Source: Sphingomonas sp.
GTDB taxonomy: Bacteria; Pseudomonadota; Alphaproteobacteria; Sphingomonadales; Sphingomonadaceae
Reading direction: 5' to 3'
NCBI RefSeq assembly: GCF_003248515.1
Contig: NZ_QFOB01000002.1
Coordinates: 417,064-481,063, forward strand
Length of the DNA stretch: 64,000 nucleotides
Shown here: piece by piece, positions 27,001-36,928 of the stretch
Numbering within the stretch: the stretch's first letter is position 1
Layout: each line of letters begins with the position of its first letter
Program-made: the position numbers and the translations under genes
Notes under the pieces: generated by a model
The model's input: only the letters and a program-made list of their open reading frames with translations
Databases searched by the model: none
Told to the model about the DNA's origin: nothing

Positions 27001-29364
27001 ATGAGGCATGCAAAGGCACTGTTATTGTCGTCTGCGTTGGCATTGGTGCCCGGCGCGGTCATGGCGCAGGACGTTGCGCCTGTGGACAAGCGATCGCCAA
27101 AGTCCGCGGCGCGATCATCCGCGCAGCAGGCATCTTCGCGGGAGGCGGACAGCGGGCTCGAGGAGATCGTGGTCACGGCGGAGCGGCGCGAGGCGAGCGT
27201 GCAGCGCACGGCCGTCGCGATCTCGGTGATCGGTGGCGCGGAACTCGCCAAGGCTGGCATCGCAAATCCCACCGCCCTGCTGGATTCTCTGCCGGGGCTG
27301 GATATCACCCGCTCCAATGTTAACGCGAACCTCAGCCTGCGTGGCCTGGGCGGTGGTGGCAGCACCCAATATGCTGATCCGGTGGTCGCCTTCAACGTGG
27401 GTGGCGTGCCGCTGAGCCGAACCTTCTCGCCGGCGTCTGCCGTCTATGACGTGCAGCGCGTCGAACTGCTGAAGGGGCCGCAGGGGACGCTCTATGGTCG
27501 CAACGCCACCGTGGGCGCCCTGAACGTCATTCCCAATCAGCCATCCAACCATTTCGAAGGCGGCGCCACGGCCCAGTTCGGCAACTATTCCTCGAAGAAC
27601 TTCAACGGATATCTCAACGCGCCCCTGTCAGACGGCTTCGCGGCCCGCATCGCGGGGACATATAACAAGCATGATGGCTATCTTACCAACGGCTATGACG
27701 ATGCCGACAATTGGGGCGCGCGCCTGAGCCTGCGGGGCGAAGTGACGCCGAACCTGACGGTGCTGGCATGGGCCGATCTCTACCGGGATCGGTCGCGCGG
27801 CCCGGGTACGATCGTGCGATATCCGACGCCGGGGCAGGCCTATCAGTTCCCAAACAACCCGTGGTTTTCCTATTCCCCGGCTGGCTGCGGCAATCCCGCT
27901 CTTTGCCCCACCTGGGGGGACAGCGCCGGCGCCACCTTCGCGGCGCCGTTCCGTTCGCTTTCCGTGGTCGAGGATACGGGCTTTGTCCGTATCAACCAGG
28001 ATATCTATGCCGGTCAGGTCGACTGGGATATCGGCTTCGCCAAGCTGACCATCCTTCCCGCGCACGTCGATACGGCGGTGGATACGCGCACGTTCAGCGG
28101 TGGCCTTACCTATAATCTGCGCAACCGCACCTATCAAAATTCGGTCGAGACCCGATTGGCTTCGAATAATGATGGTCCGCTGAAATGGCTGATCGGCGGC
28201 ATCTATTTTTACGAGCATATCAATTCGCGGCAGGATACGTTCGAGCCGAACGGATATCAGGTCCTCTACAGCCCCAATCTGACGGATGAGAGCGTCGGCC
28301 TGTTCGGGCAGGCGACCTATTCGATCACCAGCAGGCTGCGGGCCACAGGCGGCATTCGCTATACCAGCGAGACGAAGAAGCAGGACGGTTTCACCCTGCT
28401 GGACGGTGCCTTCACCGCGACGAGCTGTCCGTCGCCCGGTATTTTCGTCACGGGATCGACGACGGCGCTCGGTTATCTCTATCCTGTCGGCTATTGCCAG
28501 GTGCCGAACCAGGGGCGACTGCATTTCACCAACGTCAGTTACAAGGCCGGCGTCGAATTCGATCTCGCCCGGCAATCCCTGCTCTATGCGAACGTGAGCA
28601 CCGGCTTCAAGGCGGGCGGATTTTCGCCGGCGCTGCCGCCGAACACCTACAAGCCGGAAAAGCTGACAGCCTATGTGATCGGATCCAAGAACCGCTTCTT
28701 CGACAACAAGCTGCAGGTGAACCTCGAACTCTTCTACTGGGATTACAAGGATCAGCAGATCAGCCTGCTCCAGGCGCTACATCCCGCCGGGCAATCCTCC
28801 TACCCCGTGAATGTCGATGGCTATGTGAAGGGTGCGGAACTGGATGTTTCTGTTCGGCCCTTGAGCAACAGTGTCATATCGCTGGATCTCCTCTATGAAC
28901 GCGGCAAATATGATGTCTATCCGACGGCGATCTCGTCAGTCGGGACGGTGGGCGGACTGACCGATTATCCGCGCGTCAATCTGCCTCGCTGGTCGGGCAC
29001 GGTGAAGGCCGAGCAGGGCATACCGCTCAAGAATGGCGGCCGTGTCGTCATCGGTGCGGATACCCATTTCGAGAGCGGCACGTGGTTGCGCCCCGTGGCG
29101 GAGGCCGCGAGGCGACCGGGCGAATATCGTGATCCTTTTGCCACCGTAAACGCCTCGCTGGGCTGGGAGAGCAGCGATGCGAAGCTGAGCGTTACCCTGT
29201 TCGTCAACAATATCGGCAACAAGGCTGTGATCGGCACGGGAACGGGCGGCGGGCTCGTCGCACCGGGCACATTCTATCGGCCCGCCGGCAATCCGGCCGA
29301 CGCGCGCTTCGCGACGCTCCAGCCGCCTCGCACCTATGGCGTTCGCGCGGGCGTCAAATTCTAG
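27001..29364 (+). CDS. TonB-dependent receptor
   Basis: Signal peptide, TonB box EEIVVTAERR, RVELLKGPQGTLYGRNATVG and C-terminal PRTYGVRAGVKF. Confidence 0.95.
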   Translation: MRHAKALLLSSALALVPGAVMAQDVAPVDKRSPKSAARSSAQQASSREADSGLEEIVVTAERREASVQRTAVAISVIGGAELAKAGIANPTALLDSLPGLDITRSNVNANLSLRGLGGGGSTQYADPVVAFNVGGVPLSRTFSPASAVYDVQRVELLKGPQGTLYGRNATVGALNVIPNQPSNHFEGGATAQFGNYSSKNFNGYLNAPLSDGFAARIAGTYNKHDGYLTNGYDDADNWGARLSLRGEVTPNLTVLAWADLYRDRSRGPGTIVRYPTPGQAYQFPNNPWFSYSPAGCGNPALCPTWGDSAGATFAAPFRSLSVVEDTGFVRINQDIYAGQVDWDIGFAKLTILPAHVDTAVDTRTFSGGLTYNLRNRTYQNSVETRLASNNDGPLKWLIGGIYFYEHINSRQDTFEPNGYQVLYSPNLTDESVGLFGQATYSITSRLRATGGIRYTSETKKQDGFTLLDGAFTATSCPSPGIFVTGSTTALGYLYPVGYCQVPNQGRLHFTNVSYKAGVEFDLARQSLLYANVSTGFKAGGFSPALPPNTYKPEKLTAYVIGSKNRFFDNKLQVNLELFYWDYKDQQISLLQALHPAGQSSYPVNVDGYVKGAELDVSVRPLSNSVISLDLLYERGKYDVYPTAISSVGTVGGLTDYPRVNLPRWSGTVKAEQGIPLKNGGRVVIGADTHFESGTWLRPVAEAARRPGEYRDPFATVNASLGWESSDAKLSVTLFVNNIGNKAVIGTGTGGGLVAPGTFYRPAGNPADARFATLQPPRTYGVRAGVKF

Positions 29365-29552
29365 GCGGAAGGCGGGTGTTCCGGGCTGATCGGCATGGCC
29401 TTGATGGGGCGATGCCGATCAGGCTCAATCACAGGGCCGAAGCAATTTCGAAGCGGACTGAACGGCTTGCCGGCCCGAAACGGAGAGCGGCGGGGAAAAT
29501 CGGGCCGGTCTAGCAGACCGCCCCCCCTCCCACGCGTGGGAGCGAAGGTCCG

Positions 29553-30428
29553 CTATGCGCGACTTCGCCAAAAATCGAGGACATGCTTGTCGAACATGTC
29601 GGGGAATTCCCAATAAGCGGAATGTCCCGCGCCGGGTATGACGAAGAAGCGGCCTTTGGAAAGTCGCCGTCTATGCTCGTCAAACAGGGGCGGCGGCGCG
29701 TAGGAATCCGCATCCCCCGTGATCCACAGGCTGGGCATGGTGAGGCGACCCAGTTGTTCCCATTCTAATGTTCCTCGTGGTTGCGGCCCCAGCGGCGCCG
29801 TCCTCGATGTGCGCTCCAGTTCCTCCCATCGGGCCACGCCATCCGGGTTGGCCGCGCGGTAGATCGGGCCGAGTTCGCGGAAGGAGGCAGGGAGCTGGCT
29901 GAACGGCGCCGGGCGGAGCGCGTCATAGCGTCTGCGAAAAACCGGATCGGCCATATTCCCGATATGGTTTGCGATGACGAGGCTGAGGATCCGATCCGGA
30001 TGGGCCACCGCGAAATCCAGCACCACACCTCCGCCGGCCGCGCTGCCGAGCGCGTGGAACCGGTTCAGCTTAAGGGCATCGACGATGCGGAGTAGATCCG
30101 CTGTCTGATCCGGCTCGCTTCTGAACGTCTCCGTGCGCGATCGGGCATGGTCCCGCCGCGACCAGCTGATGACGCGATAGCCGGCGCTTGCATAGTGCGC
30201 TTCCTGCGCCTCCCAGACGAGCGCGCTGCCGGTCACCGGATGCGCAAGCAGCACCGGGATGCCCGTGCCGCCGCTGTCGCGCACATAGAGAGAGGCTTCC
30301 CCCACGTCGATCCAGCTTTCCCGAGGGGACGGCAGCGCTGCCGACAACCGTCCCATGATCGCCATCGTCGCGATCCCCGCTCCCAGCGTCTGCCGTCGTG
30401 TCATCACGACGCTTCGATCGACCATCAT
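29553..30428 (-). CDS. Alpha/beta-hydrolase-fold protein with Tat-like signal and non-canonical nucleophile elbow
   Basis: MTRRQTLG, LAHPVTGS, ALGSAAGG, ITGDAD and AGHSAYWE. Confidence 0.8.
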   Translation of the reverse strand: MMVDRSVVMTRRQTLGAGIATMAIMGRLSAALPSPRESWIDVGEASLYVRDSGGTGIPVLLAHPVTGSALVWEAQEAHYASAGYRVISWSRRDHARSRTETFRSEPDQTADLLRIVDALKLNRFHALGSAAGGGVVLDFAVAHPDRILSLVIANHIGNMADPVFRRRYDALRPAPFSQLPASFRELGPIYRAANPDGVARWEELERTSRTAPLGPQPRGTLEWEQLGRLTMPSLWITGDADSYAPPPLFDEHRRRLSKGRFFVIPGAGHSAYWEFPDMFDKHVLDFWRSRA

Positions 30429-30490
30429 CCTGCTCCCGCTCTCTTATGCTGTCCTTGATGGTGATCGACCGTTTCGATCCTCGCAACATA

Positions 30491-30510
30491 AATTAGCACG
30501 TAGGAGAATT
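30491..30510. promoter_or_regulatory. 20-bp region-wide operator candidate
   Basis: AATTAGCACGTAGGAGAATT in the hydrolase / cytochrome c divergent region. Confidence 0.6.
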
Positions 30511-30732
30511 AAATGTCTTGGTCGGTCCGGAGCGATGCCGGTGGGTGGCGAAGCGCGCGTGGGACGGAAGCGGCCTACCGAAGACGTGACGGGGCGCACG
30601 CGACGGGGAGGAGGGGAGCGGGCGGGGCGGCCTGCCACGAAGCGTATAGCTGATACCTCCGCTGCCGGCCTGTGAGGCGCCGGCCGGCTTTGTATCATGC
30701 ACGCGACAGAGAACAGATCAGGCGAGGGAAAT

Positions 30733-31101
30733 TTGCTCCGGATATTGTTGATGATGGCCGTGATCGCCGGTGCGGCACCACAGGCCGCGCTGGCGCAGCC
30801 TGATCTTGCCAACGGCAAGCGTGTGTTCACGACCTGCTCCTACTGCCACGGCGCCAATGGAGAGGGCGCGGGAGTCGGGCCGCCGCTGAAGGGGGTCGTC
30901 GGCCGGAAGGCCGGCGCCGCGCCCGACTTTCCCTATAGCGAGGCGATGAAGACGGGCGGCATCACCTGGACGCCGGAACGGCTGGAAGCCTTCCTCGCGC
31001 ATCCGATGCAGGACGTGAAAGGCACGCGGATGGCCTTTCCCGGCGTTTCCCGGCCGAAGGATCTGGCGGACGTCATCGCCTATCTCAAGACATTGAAATG
31101 A
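30733..31101 (+). CDS. Class I cytochrome c (c2-like)
   Basis: Signal peptide, CSYCH, VGPPLKGVVGRKAG, ITWT and KGTRMAFPG; TTG start after GAGGG (alternative ATG at 30697). Confidence 0.88.
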   Translation: MLRILLMMAVIAGAAPQAALAQPDLANGKRVFTTCSYCHGANGEGAGVGPPLKGVVGRKAGAAPDFPYSEAMKTGGITWTPERLEAFLAHPMQDVKGTRMAFPGVSRPKDLADVIAYLKTLK

Positions 31102-31141
31102 GCCGCCCCACGGGCGCACTCCGGAACAGATTGGGCTGAAG

Positions 31142-32584
31142 ATGTTGACGAGACGGACGATGCTCGGCGGCGCGGTTGCGGCTGCTCTTGTCGAGGGACG
31201 CGGGCTTGGCACGGTGGCGCGCAGCGTGGCGGCGCAGGGCGTGCCCGGCGCCGCCACGCTGCGCAAGCGGCTGGGCGCACGGATGCTGATGCGCGGCAAT
31301 CCCGATTATGAGGCGATGCGCCAGCTTGCCGTGTTCAACGCGCGCAAGCCCAATCGCTTTCCCAACGCGATCGTGATGGCCGAAAGCGTCGATGATGTGC
31401 AGAATGCCGTGCGCTACGCCAAGGCGCGGGGTTGGAAGGTCGGTATTCGATCCGGCGGCCACGGGTGGGTCGGTTCGCATATGCGCGACGGGGCACTGCT
31501 GATCAGCCTCGCCAATCTGCGCGAGTTGCGCGTGGAACCGGAGACGATGACCGCGATCATCAGCCCGTCCATCACGGGAGACGGGCTCAACGCCGTCCTG
31601 CAGGGCGAGCACAAGCTGATGACGCCCTCCGCGCATGGCGTGAGCGTCGGCATGGGCGGCTTCGTGATGTGTGGCGGCCATGGCTGGAATTCGCGCGTAT
31701 GGGGACCGGGGTGCCAGCAACTCAAGGCGATCGACGTGATCGATGCCGACGGCAATCTGATCCACGCCACCGCCGAAGAACACAATGATTGGCTGTGGGC
31801 GGCGCGCGGCGCCGGCCCGGGCTATTTCGGTGCGGCCGTCCGCTATTATCTTCAGGTGCATCCGATGCCGCAGGTGATGCGCCGCAACGGCTATACCTTC
31901 GATCTCTCGCATCTCGAGGAGGTGACGGCCTTCCTGCGGAATAATACTCCGAAGTTCCCCGCGCATCTTGAGGTAGTGATGCTCGGCCGGATGATCGATG
32001 GCCGGCCGGGCCTCTTCGTCGGTGCCTCCGGTTTCGGCAGTGAGGAGGAGGTACGCGGCGCGCTGGACGCTTTCGATGCCGCGCCCGTCTTCCGCAAGGC
32101 GGCCACCCGCAAGGTGCAGCAGCCCTTCGTGGCGCCGTCGCGCTATGAATCGCCGACCGAAAGCCTTCCCGCCGGCTATCGCATCGTCATCGACAATATC
32201 TGGACCAACGCGCCTTCGGAGCAGCTCGTACCGCTGATGCGCAGCCTCTTCGAAAATCTTCCGGGTGAGCGCTTCAACATCTTCTTCCAGTGCTGGGGCC
32301 CGGTGCGCGAGGTTCCGAATGCTGCTTATTCGGTGCAGGGCGAAATCTATATTTCGGCCAACGCCGTCTACATGGACGAGGCGGAGGATGCGAAGAACGA
32401 TGCCTGGGCGCTCGATGCGATCCGCAGGCTGCATCCGATCTCGGTGGGCGCGCAGATGAACGACGAAAATATGGCGCTCGATCCGCAGCGCTATCTTTCG
32501 GAAGAGGCATCGAAAAGACTGGAGGAACTGCGCGCCAGATACGATCCTGAAGGGCGCTTCGTATCGTTTCTGATGAAGGCGTGA
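31142..32584 (+). CDS. Tat-exported BBE/6-HDNO-like FAD-linked oxidoreductase
   Basis: MLTRRTMLGG, IRSGGH (covalent-FAD His), WAARGAGPGYFG and C-terminal LRARYDPEGRF. Confidence 0.88.
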   Translation: MLTRRTMLGGAVAAALVEGRGLGTVARSVAAQGVPGAATLRKRLGARMLMRGNPDYEAMRQLAVFNARKPNRFPNAIVMAESVDDVQNAVRYAKARGWKVGIRSGGHGWVGSHMRDGALLISLANLRELRVEPETMTAIISPSITGDGLNAVLQGEHKLMTPSAHGVSVGMGGFVMCGGHGWNSRVWGPGCQQLKAIDVIDADGNLIHATAEEHNDWLWAARGAGPGYFGAAVRYYLQVHPMPQVMRRNGYTFDLSHLEEVTAFLRNNTPKFPAHLEVVMLGRMIDGRPGLFVGASGFGSEEEVRGALDAFDAAPVFRKAATRKVQQPFVAPSRYESPTESLPAGYRIVIDNIWTNAPSEQLVPLMRSLFENLPGERFNIFFQCWGPVREVPNAAYSVQGEIYISANAVYMDEAEDAKNDAWALDAIRRLHPISVGAQMNDENMALDPQRYLSEEASKRLEELRARYDPEGRFVSFLMKA

Positions 32585-32760
32585 GATGCGCCCGTCTTGG
32601 CCGCGCCTAAACGGACTCGGTCAGACTGATATGCAATTCGCGGCATGGTTCGCCGCGACGCATGCGAATACACCCGCATCATAAATCGACCGACACGAGG
32701 CAAGGCCGCTCCACTGCGGGGGTTTCGATGTCGACATCCAAAAAATGAAGGGGAGGTTGT

Positions 32761-35181
32761 GTGAGCAAATTCTCGGGCCTGCTGGCGGCATCGGCGCTCG
32801 GTGCCCTGTTCCTTTCGCTTACCCCGGTCGCGGCCCAAAGCGCGCAAGCTGGCCCGCAGACCGGCAGCTCGACTGCCGAGCCGGAAGGCGGCATTGCCGA
32901 GATCGTGGTGACCGCCGAGCGGCGTTCGGCATCGACGCAGAAGACGGCGCTCACGATTACGGCGATCAGCGGTGCCGATCTGCAGAAGGCCGGCGTCGTC
33001 GACAGTCGCACGCTGCTCGACAGCATACCGGGCCTGAAGCTCACGGTCGCCAATCCCAATGCCTATATTGGCCTTTACGGCCTGGCCAGCGGATCGGGTT
33101 CGCAATATTCGGACGCGATCATGGGCTTCAACTATGGTGGTGTTCCGCTTGCGCGCCAGACCTCGGCGTCCAGCGCTTATTATGATGTCGAGCGCGTCGA
33201 GGTACTGAAGGGGCCGCAAGGCACGCTCTATGGCCGCAACGCGACGGTGGGCGCGATCAACATCATTCCGACGCGGCCAAAGGATCGCTTTGAGGGTGGT
33301 GCGACGCTGACGCTCGGCAATTATTCCACGGTCAACAGTCAGGGCTACATCAATACCCCGATCACGGACACGCTGGCCGGCCGCGTCGCTTTCCAGACGA
33401 CCCGCCATGACGGCTATTTCACCAATGGCTATGATGACGCCAACAATTATGGCGCGCGTGTAAGCCTGCTCTATAAGCCGAGTTCGGATTTCTCGATCCT
33501 GTTGTTCGGCGACGGGTTCTGGAATCGATCGAAGGGGCCTTACAGCACCTTCACCTATTGGCTTAGCCCGACGCAGAAGTGGATCGATCCCAGCAACCCC
33601 TGGTTCGGACTGGGAGCGGCGGGTACCTGCACCAACCAGCTGCTGTGCCCTTCTTTCGCCTCCACCAGCGTCGGTGGGGTCAATGCGGTGAGCAATCCGG
33701 CCGGCTTCACCAACACCGGGGCCAATGGATATGGCAATATTTCCCTGGTCGGCCAGGATGGGTTCAATAACGCCGACCAGTATATCCTTTCCACGGAGAT
33801 CAACTGGAACACGCCGATCGGCACGCTGACGGTGCAGCCGAGCTATGTCCACACGAAGATCAACTACAGGACCTACTCCAATGGCCTGCTGTTCCTGAAC
33901 AACACAAAATCAGACCAGGAATCGCTCGAGATGCGTCTCGCGTCGAACGGGAATGGTCCGTTCCGATGGGTGATCGGCACCTTCCTGTTCCATGAGGATC
34001 AAAACGCCTTCCAGAACAATCTGCAGAGCACCGGCTATGCGATCCTGAGCACGCCGAAGCTGACGGACAGCAATTATGCCGGCTTCGCCGATGCCACCTA
34101 CGCGCTCACCGATCGGTTCCGGTTGACGGGCGGCATCCGCTTCACACGGGAAACCAAGAGTCAGAATGGCTATACGGTGGCCAGCGGCCTTTCGGCGGCG
34201 AGCGTCGCGACGATCCAGGCGGCCGGCGGCGTCTGCACGCTCGTTGCCTCGCCGCTGACGCCGGTGCTCTATCAGGGCGTCTATTACATGCCGACCAACT
34301 TCTGCGAGGTTCCGAACGGCGGCCGCTACGAGAAGAATAATGTGAGCTGGAAGGCGGGCGTGGAGTTCGATCCGCGTCCGGGCTCCATGCTCTACGCAAA
34401 CGTCAAGACCGGTTTTCGCGCCGGCGGCTTCACCGTCGGCACGCAGAACAGCTACAAGCCGGAGATGCTGACGGCATATGAGATCGGATCGAAGAACCGC
34501 TTCCTGGGTGGAAAGCTACAGATCAACCTTTCCGGTTTCTACTGGAAGTACAAGAATCAGCAGATCAGCCAGCTTCAGCTTTATTATCTGAATGGTATCG
34601 CCATCGGTCAGACGAGCTTTCCGTCCAACTTCGATGGCAATCTCTATGGTGGTGAACTGAGCATCGATACGCTGGTCACGCCGAATGATCGCATCTCGGG
34701 CGACATCCTCTATGCGCGCGGCAAATATGACAGCACGCCGCCGGTCGCGACCGTCAACACCGCCGCGCTCGTTCCGCAATATGATCTTCGCCGCATCAAT
34801 CTGCCGCGCTGGTCGATCACCGGCAGCTACGACCACACCTTCCACCTCCAGAGCGGGGCGGCGGTGATCGCAGCGGCGCACAGCCATTTCGAGAGCAGCA
34901 CGCCGCTTCGCATCATCGACCCCGCCTTGCTGACTCCGGGCGACATGCGCGGCGCCTATGCCAAGCTGGATCTGGATCTCACCTATCGCGCGCCGGGCGA
35001 TCAATGGTCGATCCAGCTGTTCGTCCGCAACGTGACCAACAAGGCGGTGGTGGGCGTCGGCTCTTCCGGCCAGACCGCGCTGCCCACCTTCTTCCGCTCC
35101 TCGGCTGATCCGCTCAACCAGCGTTCCGCCACGCTCGATCCGCCGCGCACCTTCGGTGCTACGATCAGCGCCAAGTTCTGA
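32761..35181 (+). CDS. TonB-dependent receptor (paralogue of 27001-29364)
   Basis: Signal peptide, AEIVVTAERR, RVEVLKGPQGTLYGRNATVG and C-terminal PRTFGATISAKF. Confidence 0.95.
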   Translation: MSKFSGLLAASALGALFLSLTPVAAQSAQAGPQTGSSTAEPEGGIAEIVVTAERRSASTQKTALTITAISGADLQKAGVVDSRTLLDSIPGLKLTVANPNAYIGLYGLASGSGSQYSDAIMGFNYGGVPLARQTSASSAYYDVERVEVLKGPQGTLYGRNATVGAINIIPTRPKDRFEGGATLTLGNYSTVNSQGYINTPITDTLAGRVAFQTTRHDGYFTNGYDDANNYGARVSLLYKPSSDFSILLFGDGFWNRSKGPYSTFTYWLSPTQKWIDPSNPWFGLGAAGTCTNQLLCPSFASTSVGGVNAVSNPAGFTNTGANGYGNISLVGQDGFNNADQYILSTEINWNTPIGTLTVQPSYVHTKINYRTYSNGLLFLNNTKSDQESLEMRLASNGNGPFRWVIGTFLFHEDQNAFQNNLQSTGYAILSTPKLTDSNYAGFADATYALTDRFRLTGGIRFTRETKSQNGYTVASGLSAASVATIQAAGGVCTLVASPLTPVLYQGVYYMPTNFCEVPNGGRYEKNNVSWKAGVEFDPRPGSMLYANVKTGFRAGGFTVGTQNSYKPEMLTAYEIGSKNRFLGGKLQINLSGFYWKYKNQQISQLQLYYLNGIAIGQTSFPSNFDGNLYGGELSIDTLVTPNDRISGDILYARGKYDSTPPVATVNTAALVPQYDLRRINLPRWSITGSYDHTFHLQSGAAVIAAAHSHFESSTPLRIIDPALLTPGDMRGAYAKLDLDLTYRAPGDQWSIQLFVRNVTNKAVVGVGSSGQTALPTFFRSSADPLNQRSATLDPPRTFGATISAKF

Positions 35182-35195
35182 TCCTTCTCCTCCCG

Positions 35196-35229
35196 CGCCC
35201 CGCCGGCTTTCCGTTGGGGCGTTCTTCTT
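35196..35229 (+). terminator. Terminator-like hairpin after the second receptor
   Basis: CGCCCCGCCGG-CTTT-CCGTTGGGGCG followed by TTCTTCTT. Confidence 0.5.
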
Positions 35230-35244
35230 CCGGAGGCACGCGGA

Positions 35245-35817
35245 ATGGAGCAAAGCTATCGCTATGATCGTGTCGCGATCACGCTGCACTGGCTGATCGC
35301 CGTCCTGATCCTCGTGAATATCGGGATCGGGCTCGGTTTCCCCGATCCACTGCCAGGGCAGCGTTTTTCGCCCAAGCCGCTGTTGCCGCTGCACATATCG
35401 ATCGGCATATCCGTGCTGCTGCTCAGCCTGGCGCGACTTGCCTGGAGGTTGACCCATCGGCCGCCGCCCTATCGCTGGCCGCTGCCCAACAGGGAGCATC
35501 TTCTCGCCAGGGCGGGGCACTGGGCCTTCTATGGCCTGATGATCCTGATGCCGCTGACGGGCTGGATGGCGATATCGGCGCACAAGGTTCAGAAGACGCC
35601 GCTCAGGCTCTTCGGGCTGCATTGGCCGCATTTTCCGGTCTTTCCGATGCTGCCGGCCGTCCTCGTCGATCGGCTCCATGATCTGCTCGTCATCGCGCAT
35701 GCCTTCCTCACGGCCTGGCTCATGCCGGCTCTGCTGGCGCTTCATGTCGCGGCGATCGCCAAGCATCACCTGATCGATCGCAAGCCGCTCCTCGGCCGGA
35801 TGCTCGGGGGAAAATGA
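35245..35817 (+). CDS. Cytochrome b561 (diheme, CybB/YceJ-like)
   Basis: YDRVAITLHWL, LHISIG, GHWAFYGLMILMPLTGW and LHVAAIAKHH; four TM segments. Confidence 0.88.
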   Translation: MEQSYRYDRVAITLHWLIAVLILVNIGIGLGFPDPLPGQRFSPKPLLPLHISIGISVLLLSLARLAWRLTHRPPPYRWPLPNREHLLARAGHWAFYGLMILMPLTGWMAISAHKVQKTPLRLFGLHWPHFPVFPMLPAVLVDRLHDLLVIAHAFLTAWLMPALLALHVAAIAKHHLIDRKPLLGRMLGGK

Positions 35818-36917
35818 CAGGAGAGCGCGGGATGTCGACCATGTCCAAACGGGGATTTCTGGCGGGCACGGCGGCGGCACTCGCCGTGCGATCCGCCAGC
35901 CACGCCACGACACCTGACAGTGCCCGGAAACGATCCTATCGCCGGATCGCCACCGAGGAAGGCTTCACCATTCCGGAGGTCGATGCGGCCGCCGCCGCCG
36001 CCAACCGCGCGACTGGCGGGGCCGGAATGCCCAACAATCCGGCCGTGCGCGAAGCCTTTCGCAACGCGGCCGCCGATCTGGGCGAGGGGCGGATCGCGGC
36101 GATGGACGCGGCTGGGCTGGACATCGCCCTGTTGTCACTCGGCTCGCCGGGAGTTCAGAATTTCCCCGTGGAGCAGGCGAGGGAGCTTGCCCAACTCGCC
36201 AATGATCGCGTCGCCGCCGCCGTTCGCGCGCATCCCGCGCGGTTCGCAGCGCTGGCGACGGTGGCGCCGCAGGATCCGGAAGCGGCAGCGCGGGAACTGG
36301 AGCGCGCGATCGGTACGCTCGGCCTCAACGGCCTGCTGATCAATTCGCACACCGCCGGCGAGACGCTTGACGCACCCCGGTTCACGCCGATCCTCGATGC
36401 GTTGCAGGCACTGGACGTGCCGCTTTACATTCATCCGCGTGATCCGTTGCCGTCGATGCGCGGCCTTGATCTTCCCGGCTTCAATGTCGGCTGGGGCTAT
36501 GGGGTGGAGGTGGGTACGCATGTCCTGCGCCTGATCGCGGGCGGGGTGTTCGATCGTTTTCCGAAGCTGAAGATTGTCATCGGCCATATGGGCGAGATGC
36601 TGCCCTTCTATCTGGATCGCATCGACAATCGCTATCTGTGGGAATGGAATTTCCGGGGCGCGACGCCACCGCTCAAGCTCAGGCCGAGCGATTATTTCCG
36701 CCGGAACATCTGGGTCACCACCAGCGGCGTGAATTACTGGCACCCGCTACGCTACACGATCGACCGCGTCGGCATCGATCGTGTCCTGTTCGCTGCCGAT
36801 TATCCCTATGAGGATATGGCGCGCGATGTGCGCGCGATCGAGCGGACGCCGCTCTCGATATCCGAAAAGCGCAAGCTGTTCGACATCAATGCCAGCCGCC
36901 TGTTCCGTATCGCCTGA
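35814..36917 (+). CDS. Amidohydrolase-family non-oxidative aromatic acid decarboxylase (LigW/gamma-resorcylate decarboxylase-like) with Tat-like leader
   Basis: RIATEEGF, PLYIHP, IGHMGE, WVTTSG and FAADYPYE; leader MSKRGFLAGTAAALA (start may be 35832 or 35841). Confidence 0.8.
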   Translation: MTGERGMSTMSKRGFLAGTAAALAVRSASHATTPDSARKRSYRRIATEEGFTIPEVDAAAAAANRATGGAGMPNNPAVREAFRNAAADLGEGRIAAMDAAGLDIALLSLGSPGVQNFPVEQARELAQLANDRVAAAVRAHPARFAALATVAPQDPEAAARELERAIGTLGLNGLLINSHTAGETLDAPRFTPILDALQALDVPLYIHPRDPLPSMRGLDLPGFNVGWGYGVEVGTHVLRLIAGGVFDRFPKLKIVIGHMGEMLPFYLDRIDNRYLWEWNFRGATPPLKLRPSDYFRRNIWVTTSGVNYWHPLRYTIDRVGIDRVLFAADYPYEDMARDVRAIERTPLSISEKRKLFDINASRLFRIA

Positions 36918-36928
36918 GCCTGCAAGGA

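Noticed and set aside
30520..30690. G-rich tract with loosely repeated GCGGCCT...GAAG words
   Set aside because: The similarity is short and degenerate, as expected by chance at this GC content.
32635..32654. AATTCGCGGCATGGTTCGCC as another copy of the 20-bp element
   Set aside because: Only one half-site matches and the second AATT arm is missing.
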